Below are positions 34,511 to 35,167 of a DNA stretch of 35,167 bases, piece by piece; positions within the stretch are counted from its first letter, which is position 1; every line of letters starts with the position of its first letter. Under the pieces are notes generated by a model. It was given only the letters and a program-made list of their open reading frames with translations. It was not told where the DNA came from and searched no databases. A program made the position numbers and the translations under genes. The stretch is from a virus (lineage: Duplodnaviria; Caudoviricetes), in the IMG/VR virus record IMGVR_UViG_3300037286_000056, positions 1-35,167 of that record. One strand, 5' to 3'.

Positions 34511-35167
34511 ATGAGCGTATGGCTGGACGGCATCGGGCTGGATAGCCTCAACAGCACCATCCGCGTCAAGGGCATCCTGATCGGCGCGGTAGACACCACC
34601 GAAATCATATCCGCGAACGCAAAGTACAGCGGGGTGCGGTATCTTGGCCAGATGGAGAACACGCGGCAGGTGCGCGTGACCTTCAAGGTGCTGGATGCCA
34701 CCCCGGCGCGCCGCGAACAGGTGCTTGCCGAGGTGCTGGAGTGGGCGCTGGGAACGCAGCTGGAGGTCATCCATCGCCCTGACCAGTACCTGAACGTGCG
34801 GTGCACCGATTATCCCAGCCTTGAGTTGATACGGGACTATGCAGGCAAGGATATCGTGATTGGGTTCACAGCCTTTGACCCGGATTTCAAGGCCAAATAC
34901 CCGACGATTGTATCGCTGGCCACAGCCGCAGGCGTGACGGCCTCAGCTTCCATCGCGCCGCCTGGCACGCAGGCCATCACGTTTCTGGAGGCGGAAATCC
35001 GCAACGACGGCGCCACGACCATGAACACGGCCAGCATCAGCGTGAACGGCAGGACATTCGCCTTTACAGGGCTGGGACTTGCGGCGGGGAAAACCCTGAT
35101 CATCGCGCGCAACGCCCAGTGCAGGCTGACCATGGCCATCGACGGCTTGAGCGTGCTGGACAAGCGC
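34511..35167 (+). CDS. Distal tail protein (Dit)-like, 3' truncated
   Basis: Not in ORF track (no stop in window); ATG after GGAGGTG, open to the end: MSVWLDGIGLDSL...RQVRVTF...RPDQYLNVRC...IGFTAFDPDF. Confidence 0.8.
   Translation, partial: MSVWLDGIGLDSLNSTIRVKGILIGAVDTTEIISANAKYSGVRYLGQMENTRQVRVTFKVLDATPARREQVLAEVLEWALGTQLEVIHRPDQYLNVRCTDYPSLELIRDYAGKDIVIGFTAFDPDFKAKYPTIVSLATAAGVTASASIAPPGTQAITFLEAEIRNDGATTMNTASISVNGRTFAFTGLGLAAGKTLIIARNAQCRLTMAIDGLSVLDKR

Larger units (their letters stand above)
1..35167 (+). mobile_element. Siphovirus-type prophage/phage segment (replication, DNA modification, packaging, head and tail modules); both ends outside the window
   Basis: Canonical co-oriented gene order initiator-loader-RusA-...-late activator-TerS-TerL-portal-minor capsid-scaffold-capsid-connectors-tail tube-chaperones-tape measure-Dit. 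No sheath gene. Integrated versus free state cannot be determined. Confidence 0.96.

Noticed and set aside
1-35167. CRISPR array, diversity-generating retroelement, intron/intein, integrase or att site
   Set aside because: No regularly spaced repeats, reverse transcriptase, interrupted core gene or recombinase seen; TerL, portal and capsid are of ordinary length.

Overview
The whole window is one contiguous segment of a high-GC siphovirus (prophage or phage) with a Firmicutes/Clostridia-type gene set; there is no integrase, attachment site or host gene in view. In order: a truncated early gene; a ~650-nt non-coding block with two atypical tRNA genes and a densely base-paired ~380-nt candidate ornate RNA (GOLLD/ROOL-like); HNH nuclease, replication initiator with internal iterons, helicase loader/inhibitor and RusA; a nucleic-acid modification cluster (PAPS-reductase-family enzyme, two radical SAM enzymes, SNF2-methyltransferase fusion, repeat-containing C5-methyltransferase); a RinA/ArpU-like late activator; a ~3.7-kb low-GC inserted cassette (C5-methyltransferase convergent with a MORC/GHKL ATPase plus SAM-dependent methyltransferase-like gene, no recognisable nuclease); and the late operon (ParB-methyltransferase, TerS, TerL, portal, minor capsid protein with a toxin-like C-terminal domain and a probable immunity gene, scaffold, capsid, connectors, tail tube, chaperones, tape measure, start of Dit). 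All family calls are from motif recognition by eye; no searches were run. The best candidates for a new system are the low-GC methyltransferase/MORC cassette, the tRNA-linked structured RNA and the modification-enzyme cluster.
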